Assembly (NCBI GenBank): GCA_030433005.1
Contig: JAUILQ010000008.1
Coordinates: 17,106 to 81,105 of the forward strand
DNA from: Alphaproteobacteria bacterium
Lineage (GTDB): Bacteria; Pseudomonadota; Alphaproteobacteria; Kiloniellales; DSM-21159
Direction: 5' to 3'
Length of the DNA stretch: 64,000 bases
This document shows positions 18,500-27,084 of this stretch, in pieces. Under the pieces are notes generated by a model. The model made no database searches and had not been told where the DNA came from. It worked only from the letters and a program-made list of their open reading frames with translations. The translations under genes and the position numbers were made by a program. Every line of letters begins with the position of its first letter. Position 1 is the stretch's first letter.

Positions 18500-19228
18500 T
18501 CAGGGCAGGATCTCGGCGGACCCTGCCGCGCTGCGGTGTCCGGGCGCGCGGTCGCCGTCGCCGACGGCCGGCCCGTGCGTGCGGTAGTGCCAGAGGCAGC
18601 GGGCGGCGACCGCCCGCCAGGGGCGCCAGGGCTCGGCCAGCGCCCGCATGGCCCGGGCGTCGGGGCGCTCGGGGAGGCGCTTGAGCTTCTGCGCGCCCAT
18701 CATCAGGCCGACGTCGTCGGCCGGCCAGACGTCGGGCCGGCCCAGCGAGAACAGCAGGTAGACCTCGGCCGACCAGCGGCCCAGGCCCTTGACCGCGGTG
18801 ACAGCTTCGATGGCCGACTCGTCGTCGAGGCCCTGCAGCTGCGCCTCGTCGAGCTGTCCCGAGAGCAGGGTCTCGGCCAGCGAGCGCGCGTAGCGGGCCT
18901 TCTGCCGGGACAGGCCGGCGACGCGCAGCGCCGCCTCGTCGAGGGCGAGCAGGCGCCCGGGCTCGAGCGGCCGGCAGGCGGCCTCGAGCCGCGCCCAGAT
19001 CGCGGCCGCCGAGGCCAGCGAGACCTGCTGCGCCACGATGATGCGCAGCAGGGTCGCGAAGCCGGGCGGGCGGTAGCGCAGCGGCGGCGGGCCGACCTCC
19101 TTGAGCGCGCGGGCGAAATCGCCGTCGAGCCGGCCGAGCGCCTGCAGCGCTTCGGGCAGGCTGCGCTCGTCGATGCGCGGGGCGTGGGCGACGGTGGACT
19201 CGTCCGGGCGCGGGGCGGCGGAAGCCAT
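18500..19228 (-). CDS. alkA: DNA-3-methyladenine glycosylase II (HhH-GPD superfamily, AlkA-like)
   Basis: HhH-GPD segments (IVAQQVSLASAAAIWARL, AVKGLGRWSAEVYLLFSLGRPDVWPADDVGL). Confidence 0.8.
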   Translation of the reverse strand: MASAAPRPDESTVAHAPRIDERSLPEALQALGRLDGDFARALKEVGPPPLRYRPPGFATLLRIIVAQQVSLASAAAIWARLEAACRPLEPGRLLALDEAALRVAGLSRQKARYARSLAETLLSGQLDEAQLQGLDDESAIEAVTAVKGLGRWSAEVYLLFSLGRPDVWPADDVGLMMGAQKLKRLPERPDARAMRALAEPWRPWRAVAARCLWHYRTHGPAVGDGDRAPGHRSAAGSAEILP

Positions 19229-19267
19229 GGGCTGGACAATAGCGGATGAGCCGGCTACCGCCACCCC

Positions 19268-20164
19268 ATGACTGGAGAATCCGCGCCGCGCGGCGCAGGG
19301 GCTTCCGAAGGCGGCGAGACCACGCGCTTCGCGCCCTCGCCCACGGGCCGCCTGCACCTGGGCCACGTGCACTCGGCGCTGTTCGCCGCGGCCGCAGCGC
19401 GGCGGGCGGCCGGCGGCCGCTTCCTGCTGCGCATCGAGGACATCGACGCGGCGCGCTGCCGGCCCGAGTACGAGGCCGGGATCCTGGAGGACCTGGGCTG
19501 GCTCGGCCTGGCCTGGGAGCAGCCGGTGCGCCGCCAGTCGCAGCACCTCGCCGAGCACGCCGCGGCCCTCGAGCGGCTGGAGGCGGCCGGGCTGCTCTAT
19601 CCCTGCTTCTGCACGCGCCGGGAGATCGCCGAGGAGATTGCGCGCAGCGCCCGTGCGCCGCACGGGCCGGAAGGGCCGCTCTATCCCGGCACCTGCCGCC
19701 GGCTCTCGGCGGACCAGCGAAGGGCGCGGCGCGCGGCGGGCGAGGCCTTCGCTCTGCGCCTCGACGTCGCCGCGGCGCTGGCGGCCAGCGGACCGCTGAG
19801 CTGGCGCGACCTGGGGCGCGGCGAGATCCGCGCGGCGCCCGAGGAGCTGGGCGACGTGGTGCTGGCGCGCCGCGACATCGGCACCAGCTACCACCTGGCG
19901 GTGACGCTCGACGACGCGGTCCAGGGCGTGACCCTGGTGACCCGCGGCGAGGACCTGTTCCACGCGACCCACGTGCACCGCCTGCTGCAGGCCCTGCTCG
20001 GGCTGCCGGTGCCGCGCTGGCACCACCACGGCCTGCTTGCCGACGAGAGCGGCAAGCGCCTCGCCAAGCGCCACGACTCCCTCGCCGTCGCGGCCCTGCG
20101 CGAGGCCGGCCGGGCGCCCGCGGAGGTGCGGGAGATGGCCGGCTTTCCGGGCCCGGCACCCTGA
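19268..20164 (+). CDS. gluQ: tRNA glutamyl-Q(34) synthetase (GluRS paralogue)
   Basis: RFAPSPTGRLHLGHVHSAL (HIGH region), FLLRIEDID, GTSYHLAVTLDD, and KLAKR in place of KMSKS. 298 aa truncated-GluRS size. Confidence 0.9.
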   Translation: MTGESAPRGAGASEGGETTRFAPSPTGRLHLGHVHSALFAAAAARRAAGGRFLLRIEDIDAARCRPEYEAGILEDLGWLGLAWEQPVRRQSQHLAEHAAALERLEAAGLLYPCFCTRREIAEEIARSARAPHGPEGPLYPGTCRRLSADQRRARRAAGEAFALRLDVAAALAASGPLSWRDLGRGEIRAAPEELGDVVLARRDIGTSYHLAVTLDDAVQGVTLVTRGEDLFHATHVHRLLQALLGLPVPRWHHHGLLADESGKRLAKRHDSLAVAALREAGRAPAEVREMAGFPGPAP

Positions 20165-20188
20165 CCGGCCGACCGGGCCGGACGCGCG

Positions 20189-20219
20189 AAGCCCGCCGGC
20201 CGAGGTGGCCGGCGGGCTT
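20189..20219. terminator. 13-bp-stem hairpin between convergent gluQ and the PEP-CTERM gene
   Basis: aagcccgccggcc / GAGGT / ggccggcgggctt. Strong GC stem but no clear U-tract on either side. Confidence 0.5.
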
Positions 20220-20254
20220 GTCCCGCGTCGCGTCCTCGCGTCGCGGCGCCGCGG

Positions 20255-21184
20255 TCAGGCCCGGCGGGCCCGGCGGCCGACCAGGGTGCCGGCGCCGGCC
20301 AGTCCGCCGGCGACCAGCGCCAGCGTCATCGGCTCGGGCACCGGCGTGCCCGGCGTCGGCTGGGTCGAGATCTCCTCGACCTTGATGTCGACGAAGGCGT
20401 TGGTGAAGGCGGTGGCGGCGTCGCCCCCGGCGCGCAGGTTGTTGAGGTCCCACGCGGCCCCGCCGGTGTCGAAGGCGAGCTCGACGTAGTCGTCGTCGGT
20501 GTTGCCGTCGCCCGAGCCAACGAACCCGACGGGCTCGTTCGTGAAGCCCGTGCCGTCCTGCACGTAGGCGGTCCGCTCGCTGTCCATGCCGAGTGCCTGG
20601 TTCTCGCTGCCGTCGAAGAAGCTGTTGTCGACGATGGCGTTGAGCAGGATGCCCTGGTCGACCAGGGCGCTGCGGGTCGAGGCGTAGGTCAGGCTCGGCA
20701 CCTCGTCGTCCCGGTCCTCGTCGGTGACGAAGATGAAGTTGACCGCGGCGTCGGGGCGGAAGCTGTAGTTGGCGAGCGTATGGTCCATCGCCGCGTAGCC
20801 GTCCTCGTCGGAGCCGTTGGTGATCAGCGAGCCGGACGCGGCGTCGAACTCGCTGGCCGAGCCGAAGTCGGAGCCGCCGACCTGGATCGAGCGGCCGAGC
20901 TCGCCGGCGCCGCTCGAGCCGAAGCCGACCAGGCCGTAGCGGGCATCGGTGACGCCGGCCGCCTGCAGCTGGGAATCCAGCGTGCCGATGGTCGGGCCGA
21001 TCCAGGCCTGCTCGGTATCCATCGAGCCCGACTCGTCCATGATGACCACGACGTCGGCCTTGCTGTTGGTCGGCCCGGCCAGGGCGGCCGGGGCGAGCAG
21101 GGCGGCCGCGCCGAGAACGCCGGCGGCCGTCGCTCCCTGTCGGAGCGCCCTCTGTCGGAGCGCCCTCTGTCGAATCGCTGTCAT
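20255..21184 (-). CDS. Secreted von Willebrand factor A (VWA) domain protein with C-terminal PEP-CTERM sorting signal
   Basis: Signal peptide. VWA MIDAS-like DVVVIMDESGSMD. C-terminus is VPEPMTLALVAGGLAGAGTLVGRRARRA (PEP motif + TM helix + Arg cluster). Start ATG 21184. Confidence 0.85.
   Translation of the reverse strand: MTAIRQRALRQRALRQGATAAGVLGAAALLAPAALAGPTNSKADVVVIMDESGSMDTEQAWIGPTIGTLDSQLQAAGVTDARYGLVGFGSSGAGELGRSIQVGGSDFGSASEFDAASGSLITNGSDEDGYAAMDHTLANYSFRPDAAVNFIFVTDEDRDDEVPSLTYASTRSALVDQGILLNAIVDNSFFDGSENQALGMDSERTAYVQDGTGFTNEPVGFVGSGDGNTDDDYVELAFDTGGAAWDLNNLRAGGDAATAFTNAFVDIKVEEISTQPTPGTPVPEPMTLALVAGGLAGAGTLVGRRARRA
21137..21166. repeat. Perfect 15-bp tandem duplication (ctgtcggagcgccct x2, degenerate flanking copies) inside the signal-peptide n-region of the PEP-CTERM gene
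   Basis: Read directly. Encodes RQRALRQRAL on the minus strand. Confidence 0.9.
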
Positions 21185-21514
21185 GCGTGCCTCCTGTAGA
21201 CAACTTCTTCGCGCCCGCGACCTCGCCTGGGTTCGCCCGTAGGGCGATCGCGGGGCGGCCGTATTCGACCGCACGACAGAACAAGCAACGACCATGCCGG
21301 GCGACGCCGCGGCGGCGGATGCCGCCGCCCGGCCCGACTCCTCGTCGGATCGCCGCCGGGCCGTCAGTCGGCCGCGACTGTCAGCACGGCTGACGGTCCT
21401 TGTCAGTCGGGCGTCAACTCGGCCGACTCCCCTGACGCGGCGCGCGCCGGGCCGGCGTGCGGCCGCGCGTAGCGGGTCGCGAGCGGGGACCGCCGCCGAC
21501 GCCGCGGACGGCCG

Positions 21515-21835
21515 TCAGCCGAAACGCTTCTCGGAGGTCAGCACCGTCTCGACGCCGTGGATCTGGCGCAGGCAGCGGGCGATGTAGTCGCCCAGTTCCG
21601 GCGCCAGGGCGGTGACCTGGATGTCGATGGCCAGCGATTCGTGGCCGCGGCCGGCGGCCGGGTCCAGGCGGTCGCTGTGCCAGCGCAGCGGCACGAGGTT
21701 GCGCTTGGCGAAGAGCTCGAGCACGCGCGGCATGACGCCGGGCTCGGCGGCGGCGGCGACTGAGAAGCAGAAGACCGGCTCGCGGCCGGCGGAGGTGCGG
21801 GGGAGGGAGGAGTCGCTAAGCGGACTGGTCGACAT
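21515..21835 (-). CDS. Small hypothetical protein, ACT-like fold suspected (106 aa)
   Basis: Coding-like codon bias. The pattern FCFSVAAAAEPGVMPRVLELFAKRNLVP ... IDIQV resembles small ACT-type regulatory domains. No firm family. Confidence 0.5.
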   Translation of the reverse strand: MSTSPLSDSSLPRTSAGREPVFCFSVAAAAEPGVMPRVLELFAKRNLVPLRWHSDRLDPAAGRGHESLAIDIQVTALAPELGDYIARCLRQIHGVETVLTSEKRFG

Positions 21836-21988
21836 GAGACGCGGTCTCCGGACGGGAACAGGCAGGCGAACAGGCACGACCCGGCAGCCACAGGGGCGCC
21901 GGGCGGCTAATTCGAATGCCGTTGGTCCGCAGATGCGTCATTGCGGGAAGCTTAGGGGCCGTTTCGCGAAGCGGTCAAGCGTGGTGCA

Positions 21989-22495
21989 TCAGGCGAGCGG
22001 GCAGCGTTTCGAGATGCGGTCGACGGGCGTGCCGTCGGCGAGCGGCACCGCCTTCGCCACCCGGTAGTCCTCGAAGCCCATCCGGGCATAGTAGGCGAGT
22101 CCGCCCGCGTTGTCGGCGCGGATGGTCGCGTTGATCGCGATCAGGCCGAGGGCGCGGGCGCGCGCTCGGGTGGCGGCGAAGAGAGCGGTCCCGACGCCCG
22201 GCAGCTTCGGCTCGGGGCGCGCGAAGGTCGCGATGTCGCCCCAGCCCTCGGGCAGCTCCGGGTTCGTCTCCAGGGCCTGGAAGCCGCAAGGGGCGCCCTC
22301 GGCGTCCTCGGCGACGAAGCAGCAGAGCACGCGCGGACCGGTCAGGAAGTGCTCCGCGAACTCGGCCGTCTCAAGCGGGGTCTCGTAGGCCGTGGTGCCG
22401 CCGATCCGGATGATCGCGTTGAGCAGCCGGCAAAGCGCGGGCGCGTCCCCGCCGTGAGCCGGGCGGACGCTGGGGCGGGCGGCGGGGTCGGTCAC
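21989..22495 (-). CDS. GNAT-family N-acetyltransferase
   Basis: GNAT motif A region (LPGVGTALFAATRARARALGLIAINATIRADNAGGLAYYARMGF). GTG 22495 chosen as start; an upstream ATG at 22573 is possible. Confidence 0.8.
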   Translation of the reverse strand: MTDPAARPSVRPAHGGDAPALCRLLNAIIRIGGTTAYETPLETAEFAEHFLTGPRVLCCFVAEDAEGAPCGFQALETNPELPEGWGDIATFARPEPKLPGVGTALFAATRARARALGLIAINATIRADNAGGLAYYARMGFEDYRVAKAVPLADGTPVDRISKRCPLA

Positions 22496-22622
22496 GGTCT
22501 GGCTCCGGATAGCGGCGGTTGCGGTCCGGATAGTCCGGGCGCGGGCCGCGATCAACCGGCTTCCGCCGTGCACGGCGCCGCCCCGCTGCTGGAGGCGGGG
22601 CGGCGCGTCGCTCGGGCCCTGG

Positions 22623-23228
22623 TCAGCTCGCCGGGCGGGTCGCCTCGACGTCGATGAAGATGTCGACCTGGTCGCCGATCGCCGGGACGCCGTAGCTCAT
22701 GCCCCAGTCCGAGCGCTGGATCGAGGTCGTCGCGGTGAAGCCGGCGACCAGCAGGTTCGGGTCGCGCGGATGCGGGGCGGCCTTGTTGAGCGTGGCGGCC
22801 AGGACGACCGGCTTGGTCACGCCCAGCATGGTCAGGTCGCCGGTGATGTTGGCCGTGTTCTCGCCGGTCACCTCGATGGCGGTGGACTTGAAGGTGACCT
22901 CGGGGAACTCCTCGACCTTGAAGAAGTCGCCGCTGCGCAGGTGCTCGTCGCGCTTGGCCAGGTTGGTGTCGATCGAGACGGCCGCCATGGTCGCCTCGAC
23001 CGAGGCGTTGGCGGCGTCCTCGCCGTCGAAGACGATGACCCCGTCGACGTCGCCGAAGCGGCCCCAGGTGTTGGAGTAGCCCAGGTGGTTGATGCGGAAG
23101 ACGACGTCGGCATGGGTCTTGTCGAAGGTCCAGGTGTCGTCCTGGGCCGCCGCCGGCGCGGGCGAGAAGGCGGCGGTGGCCAGCAGCAGGGCGCCGGCGG
23201 CGGCGGTCGTCAGGCTACGCAGCAGCAT
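22623..23228 (-). CDS. YceI-family periplasmic polyisoprenoid-binding protein
   Basis: Signal peptide plus YceI segments (WTFDKTHADVVFRINHLGYSNTWGRF, KRDEHLRSGDFF, GDLTMLGVTKPV). Confidence 0.88.
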   Translation of the reverse strand: MLLRSLTTAAAGALLLATAAFSPAPAAAQDDTWTFDKTHADVVFRINHLGYSNTWGRFGDVDGVIVFDGEDAANASVEATMAAVSIDTNLAKRDEHLRSGDFFKVEEFPEVTFKSTAIEVTGENTANITGDLTMLGVTKPVVLAATLNKAAPHPRDPNLLVAGFTATTSIQRSDWGMSYGVPAIGDQVDIFIDVEATRPAS

Positions 23229-23282
23229 GAAAGGATCTCCGTCGTTGTGGGAAAGGCGGAAAGGGGGTGCCGACGCGCGCGC

Positions 23283-23849
23283 TCACTCGGCGCGGTCGGC
23301 GCGGATCTCGAAGCGGATGGCGACCGGGTCGGCGACCATCGAGGTATCGGCCCACTGGCCCTGGCCGACGCCGTAGTCGAGCCGCTCGATGTCGAGCCGG
23401 CCCTCGGCCTCGGCGACGCCCTCGTCGATCGTCAGGGTGAAGGGCAGGGCGACGTCGCGGGTCACGTCGCGCAGCGTCAGCCGGCCCCGAGCCTCGTAGG
23501 CGCCCTCGCCGGTCTCGACGATCTCGTCCGACTCGAAGCGGCCCTCCGGGTAGGCCTCGACGTCGAACAGCGGCGCGGTGCGCAGCAGCTGGTCGCGGTC
23601 GTCGGAGCCGGTCTCGGCGCTCGCCATGTCGATCGTCACGGCGATCGCGCTGCCCGCCAGGTTCTCGGGGTCGAAGGCGATGTCGGCGGTCCAGGCCTGG
23701 AACACCCCCTCGTACTCGCTGCCGGACTGGGTGAACAGGAAGGCGAGCTCGGAGGTCTCGTGATCGACGCTCCAGCGCGGCGCCTCCTGGGCGGCCGCGG
23801 GCGACGCGGCGACGGCGAGCAGCAGGGCAAGGGGTTTCAGCAGGCGCAT
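23283..23849 (-). CDS. YceI-family protein (second copy)
   Basis: Signal peptide. LRTAPLFDVEAYPEGRFES and GRLTLRDVTRDVALPF are YceI-like. ATG overlaps the stop of the cytochrome b561 gene by 1 nt. Confidence 0.85.
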   Translation of the reverse strand: MRLLKPLALLLAVAASPAAAQEAPRWSVDHETSELAFLFTQSGSEYEGVFQAWTADIAFDPENLAGSAIAVTIDMASAETGSDDRDQLLRTAPLFDVEAYPEGRFESDEIVETGEGAYEARGRLTLRDVTRDVALPFTLTIDEGVAEAEGRLDIERLDYGVGQGQWADTSMVADPVAIRFEIRADRAE

Positions 23850-24442
23850 CAGCGGGCTCCGGGAAGCATGCGGCTCAGGACCTGGTCCTTGAGCAGGAAA
23901 TGGTGGCGCAGGGCGGCGCCGACGTGGACGGCTATCAGCGCCAGGAAGGCCCAGCCGAGGTAGACGTGCAGGGCGCCGAACAGCCGCGTCAGCTGCTCGT
24001 CGGCGGCCAGCGGGCTGGGCAGCGTGAAGGCGAAGAACAGGACCGTCGGATAGCCCGAGGTGAAGCCGTGCAGCAGCCCGATGACCGGCTGCGCCAGCAG
24101 CAGCAGGTAGAGCGCGGCATGGCCGGCGTGGGCGGCGGCCTTCTCCCAGCGCGGCATCGCCGCGGGCAGCGGCGGCGGCGGCGAGGCGAGGCGCCAGGCG
24201 ATGCGCGCCAGGACCAGAACCAGGATCGAGACGCCGACGGTCTTGTGCAGGTTCACGGCCTGGAACTGGGCCTGCGAGAAGGGCTCGACGAAATTCTCCA
24301 TGTAGATGGCCAGCGGGAACTGCAGCAGCACCAGGGCGGCGACCAGCCAGTGCAGGCTGCGCGCCACCGCGCCGTAGCGGGCGGCCTCGGTACCGCTGGA
24401 GTGCGCCGGCGCGCTCATGGAGGCTCCTTTCATCGCAGACAT
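23849..24442 (-). CDS. Cytochrome b561 family (CybB-like) membrane protein
   Basis: Four TM helices with conserved His positions (SLHWLVA, LHKTVG, HAGHAALY, ALHVYLGW). The classic cybB-yceI pairing is present. Confidence 0.85.
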   Translation of the reverse strand: MSAMKGASMSAPAHSSGTEAARYGAVARSLHWLVAALVLLQFPLAIYMENFVEPFSQAQFQAVNLHKTVGVSILVLVLARIAWRLASPPPPLPAAMPRWEKAAAHAGHAALYLLLLAQPVIGLLHGFTSGYPTVLFFAFTLPSPLAADEQLTRLFGALHVYLGWAFLALIAVHVGAALRHHFLLKDQVLSRMLPGAR

Positions 24443-24508
24443 CTGTGGGGTCGCCGGGTGTCCGACCAGCGCGACCGCGGGAAACGATGCGTTTCCGCAG
24501 TTCGCCGC

Positions 24509-25480
24509 TCAGTCGCGGCCGTGCGGCTCCGCGAAGTCGATCTCGGGGCCGAGCGGCACGATGCCGGTCGGATTCACCGACGGGTGGCTGCGGTAGTAGT
24601 GGTTCTTGATGTGCAGCATGTCGACCGTCTCGGCGACGCCGGGCTGCTGGTAGAGCTCGCGGGCGTAGGGCCAGAGGTTGGGGTAGTCGACCAGCCGTCG
24701 CAGGTTGCACTTGAAGTGGCCGTGGTAGACCGGGTCGAAGCGCAGCAGCGTGGTGAACAGCCGCCAGTCGGCCTCGGTGATGCGGTCGCCGGCGAGGTAG
24801 CGCCGCTCGGCGAGCAGCCCGTCGAGCCAGGCCAGGCTCTCGAACAGCGGCATGACCGCCTGCTCGTAGGCCTTCTGGCTGGTCGCGAAGCCGGCCTTGT
24901 AGACGCCGTTGTTGACCGTCTCGTAGACGCGGGCGTTGATCCGGTCGATCTCGTCGCGCAGCGGCTCGGGATAGTAGTCGCCTTCGGCCGCGCCGACGCC
25001 GTCGAAGGCCGAATTGAACATGCGCACGATCTCCGCCGACTCGTTGGTGACGATGGTCTCGCGCTGCTTGTCCCAGATCGTCGGCACGGTGACCCGGCCG
25101 GTATAGTCGGGCTTGGCCTTGACGTAGAGCTGCCACAGGTGGTCCAGGCCGAACAGCCGGTCGCCGGTCGCGCCGTCCTCCTCCAGGAAGCTCCAGCCCT
25201 GGTCGCCCATGTGCCAGTGCACGACCGAGACGCCGATCGCCTCCTCCAGGCCCTTGAGCTTGCGGAAGATCAGCGTGCGGTGCGCCCAGGGGCAGGCGAG
25301 CGAGACATAGAGGTGGTAGCGGCCCGGCTCGGCCGCGAATCCGCCCTCGCCGCTCGGGCCGGGTTCGCCGTCGGCGGTGATCCAGTTGCGGAAGACGCTG
25401 TCCTGCCGCTTGAACTCGCCGCCGCTCGACTTGGTGTCGTACCACTGGTCGTGCCACTGCCCGTCGATCAGCAGGCCCAT
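24509..25480 (-). CDS. yqjG: Glutathionyl-hydroquinone reductase (Xi-class GST, YqjG family)
   Basis: GRYHLYVSLACPWAHRTLIFRKLKGL (Cys-Pro-Trp-Ala active site), VPTIWDK. Start at ATG 25480 (MGLLIDGQWHD). Confidence 0.88.
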   Translation of the reverse strand: MGLLIDGQWHDQWYDTKSSGGEFKRQDSVFRNWITADGEPGPSGEGGFAAEPGRYHLYVSLACPWAHRTLIFRKLKGLEEAIGVSVVHWHMGDQGWSFLEEDGATGDRLFGLDHLWQLYVKAKPDYTGRVTVPTIWDKQRETIVTNESAEIVRMFNSAFDGVGAAEGDYYPEPLRDEIDRINARVYETVNNGVYKAGFATSQKAYEQAVMPLFESLAWLDGLLAERRYLAGDRITEADWRLFTTLLRFDPVYHGHFKCNLRRLVDYPNLWPYARELYQQPGVAETVDMLHIKNHYYRSHPSVNPTGIVPLGPEIDFAEPHGRD

Positions 25481-25574
25481 CGTTTCGGCTCCTCTCGGTC
25501 GGTTCGTCGATCCCTCGGCGCGGGGGGAACGGGCCGGCAAGCGGCCCGTTCCCGTCGTCACGCAAGCTTCGCGG

Positions 25575-26291
25575 TCAGGCCCGGACGTCGGCGAGGACGA
25601 TCTCGGCGTCCTCTTCCGCCGTCACCGTCAGGCCCTCGGTGGCGCTCAGGACCGCTCCGTCGCGCGGGCCCAGGGTGACGCTGTCGCCCTCGGCATCGGC
25701 GACCGTCACCGTGCCGAGCGCGGCCACCAGGTAGGCCTGGCGGTCGGAACCGAGCCGGTGCTCGACGCTCTGGCCCTTGGCCAGGGTCGCGCCGAGCACC
25801 GCGGCGTCGGCGTGGATCGGCAGCGCCTCCTCGTGGCCCTTGCGGCCCGAGGCCAGGGCGACCAGCTCGCCGGCCCGCCCGCTCTTCGGGAAGCTGCGGG
25901 CGTCCCAGCGCGGCGCGACGCCGGCGACCTCGGGCCGGATCCAGATCTGGTAGATCTGGGTCGGCTCGTCCTCCAGGTTGAACTCGGCGTGCATGATGCC
26001 CTTGCCCGCCGACATCACCTGCACGTCGCCGGCCTCCGTGCGCCCCTCGTTGCCGAGGTGGTCGCGGTGGCTGATCGCGCCGTTCCGCACGTAGGTGATG
26101 ATCTCCATGTCGCGGTGGCCGTGCAGGTCGAAGCCGCGCTGCGGCTGGATCGTGTCGTCGTTCCACACCAGCAGCGGCCCGACTCCGCTGCGCGCGGGAT
26201 CGAAGTAGTTGGCGAAGCTGAAGTGGTAGCGGGCCGCCAGCCAGTCGTTGTCGAAGCGACCCAGCGACTCGAAGGGACGAAGGTCGATCAT
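25575..26291 (-). CDS. Pirin-family (bicupin) protein
   Basis: HGHRDMEIITYVRNGAISHRDHLGN and VQVMSAGKGIMHAEFN are pirin N-domain metal-site segments. Confidence 0.88.
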   Translation of the reverse strand: MIDLRPFESLGRFDNDWLAARYHFSFANYFDPARSGVGPLLVWNDDTIQPQRGFDLHGHRDMEIITYVRNGAISHRDHLGNEGRTEAGDVQVMSAGKGIMHAEFNLEDEPTQIYQIWIRPEVAGVAPRWDARSFPKSGRAGELVALASGRKGHEEALPIHADAAVLGATLAKGQSVEHRLGSDRQAYLVAALGTVTVADAEGDSVTLGPRDGAVLSATEGLTVTAEEDAEIVLADVRA

Positions 26292-26315
26292 GGTCCGGCT
26301 CCTCGTGTTGACGGT

Positions 26316-26915
26316 TCAGCCGTGCAGCTTGCGCGCGATCTCCGCGACATGCTTGCCCTGGAAGCGCGCCAGCGAGAGCTCCTTCTCGCTCGGCCGGCGG
26401 CTGCCGTCGGGTCCGGCGTAGGTCGCCGCGCCGTAGGGGCTGCCGCCGCGCAGCTCACTGATGTCGGTCAGCTCGGGCGCGGAATAGGGCAGGCCGACGA
26501 TGACGAAGCCCTGGTGCGCCAGGGTGTTCCAGAAGCTGGTGATGGTCGTCTCGTTGCCGGCGCCGGTGGCGCTGGAGGTGAAGACGCTGCCGACCTTGCC
26601 GATCAGCGCGCCCTTGGCCCAGTGGCCGCCGGTCTGGTCGAGGAAGGTGCGCATCTGCCCGCTCATGTTGCCGAAGCGCGTCGGCGAGCCGAAGACGATG
26701 GCGTCGTAGTCGGTCAGCTCGGCGACCGTCGCCTCCGGGGCCTGCTGGTCCAGCTTCGCGCCGGCCTGCTCCAGGGCCTCCCGGGACATCGTCTCCGGCA
26801 CCCGCTTGACGGTCACCTCGACGCCCTCGACGCCGCGCGCGCCCTCGGCGACGCTGTTCGCCAGCGTCTCGATATGGCCGTACATGGAATGGTAGAGCAC
26901 CAGCACTTTGGTCAT
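26316..26915 (-). CDS. wrbA: NAD(P)H:quinone oxidoreductase, WrbA type (flavodoxin-like)
   Basis: [38 protein letters not shown], and the GGSPYGA insertion typical of WrbA. Confidence 0.92.
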   Translation of the reverse strand: MTKVLVLYHSMYGHIETLANSVAEGARGVEGVEVTVKRVPETMSREALEQAGAKLDQQAPEATVAELTDYDAIVFGSPTRFGNMSGQMRTFLDQTGGHWAKGALIGKVGSVFTSSATGAGNETTITSFWNTLAHQGFVIVGLPYSAPELTDISELRGGSPYGAATYAGPDGSRRPSEKELSLARFQGKHVAEIARKLHG

Positions 26916-27041
26916 CGTTCGCTCCTAGGGGTCGGTCTTGAGAGGCGGCCCGGCGAAGGCCGCCGGGAAGCCCTGCGTCACTGTTCGTGAAATAGGTCGT
27001 GTGTTTCCCGAGAAAGATAATAGGCTTGCGGAGAACCGGAT

Positions 27042-27059
27042 CGTTTCCTGATGGAAACG
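27042..27059. promoter_or_regulatory. Perfect inverted repeat CGTTTCC-TGAT-GGAAACG (T-N11-A compatible) in the wrbA/LysR divergent promoter region; candidate LysR-type regulator box
   Basis: Read directly. Lies 26 nt upstream of the LysR GTG start and 127 nt upstream of wrbA. Confidence 0.55.
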
Positions 27060-27084
27060 TCTGGCCGAGCCGAGGAGATCGCGG

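Noticed and set aside
17790-21284. 1164-codon minus-strand ORF spanning esterase, alkA, gluQ (antisense) and the PEP-CTERM gene region
   Set aside because: Only the C-terminal 228 codons look like protein (alpha/beta hydrolase). The rest is Arg/Pro-rich read-through overlapping well-supported genes in other frames.
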